Source of the DNA: Cetorhinus maximus
Taxonomy: Eukaryota
Length of the DNA: 64,000 nt
NCBI RefSeq assembly: GCF_964194155.1
Contig: NC_135879.1
Location: 212,660,001-212,724,000, forward strand
Direction of reading: 5' to 3'
Part shown: one piece after another, positions 63,611-64,000 of the stretch
How the letters are laid out: each line of letters begins with the position of its first letter
Position numbering within the stretch: the first letter of the stretch is position 1
Position numbers and translations under genes: made by a program
The notes under the pieces: model-generated
What the model saw: only the letters and a program-made list of their open reading frames with translations
The model's database searches: none
What the model was told of the DNA's origin: nothing

Positions 63611-64000
63611 TTTAACAGTGATTGTGTTTTATTTTTATTGCATGGAGTTTTTGCTGGTGTTTTGTGGATTGCATTCTGTAGTTCTGTCCCTTTTCCAACA
63701 ATGGCCCATCATCATCATATGCTGAGGTCAGCTGCAACAGTTGGCTGCAATTGGCTAACTCAACAGTGACATGAGAGATCCCTGGTCTGGCCTGATGAGA
63801 CTTCCTATTTTCCCCTCTGTTCCCACAAATTCCCCATTGTAATGCCACCGGTTTCATCGGCAGATGAGACTTGCACTAAAATCCAGCAGGATACTCGTTG
63901 ATAAATACAGAGAGCTCCACACATACACATGCAAGGGACTCCGCTGGTATTTCACCTGCATTTGAGCATGATGTCCACCATAGCTGCCCCGTTGGATAAA

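Noticed and set aside
1-64000. CRISPR array, operon or prokaryotic defence system
   Set aside because: No regularly spaced repeats and no gene-dense organisation; the sequence is repeat-rich vertebrate DNA

Overview
Vertebrate genomic DNA, most likely elasmobranch (shark/ray). That is inferred from the repeat content: two CR1-clade LINE families, Deu-domain and LF-SINE-like SINEs, short Penelope-type terminal fragments and Harbinger elements. I found no host protein-coding exon, rRNA, real tRNA or CRISPR array that I can support, so the window looks like a large intron or intergenic region built from nested transposon relics. The best-resolved elements are: (i) a full-length but inactivated PIF/Harbinger transposon (41760-46289, 13-bp TIRs, CAA TSD) with convergent DDE-transposase and spliced Myb/SANT genes; (ii) a second Harbinger element keeping only the Myb gene (9231-15903, TAA TSD); (iii) several related MITEs; (iv) a Gypsy gag-protease relic; (v) RTE, Vingi-like and probable R2-like fragments. 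Unusual observations are minimal hammerhead-ribozyme cores in the Penelope-type fragments, a LINE whose 5' end is a tRNA-derived Pol III head, an RTE insertion with twin-priming architecture, a 12-bp hairpin conserved in the MITEs, and three short-range copies of local DNA (inverted ~130 bp, direct ~150 bp, direct 582 bp). I did not find convincing evidence of a wholly new biological system. Family names come from recalled consensus features, not database searches, and repeat boundaries without TIR/TSD support are approximate.
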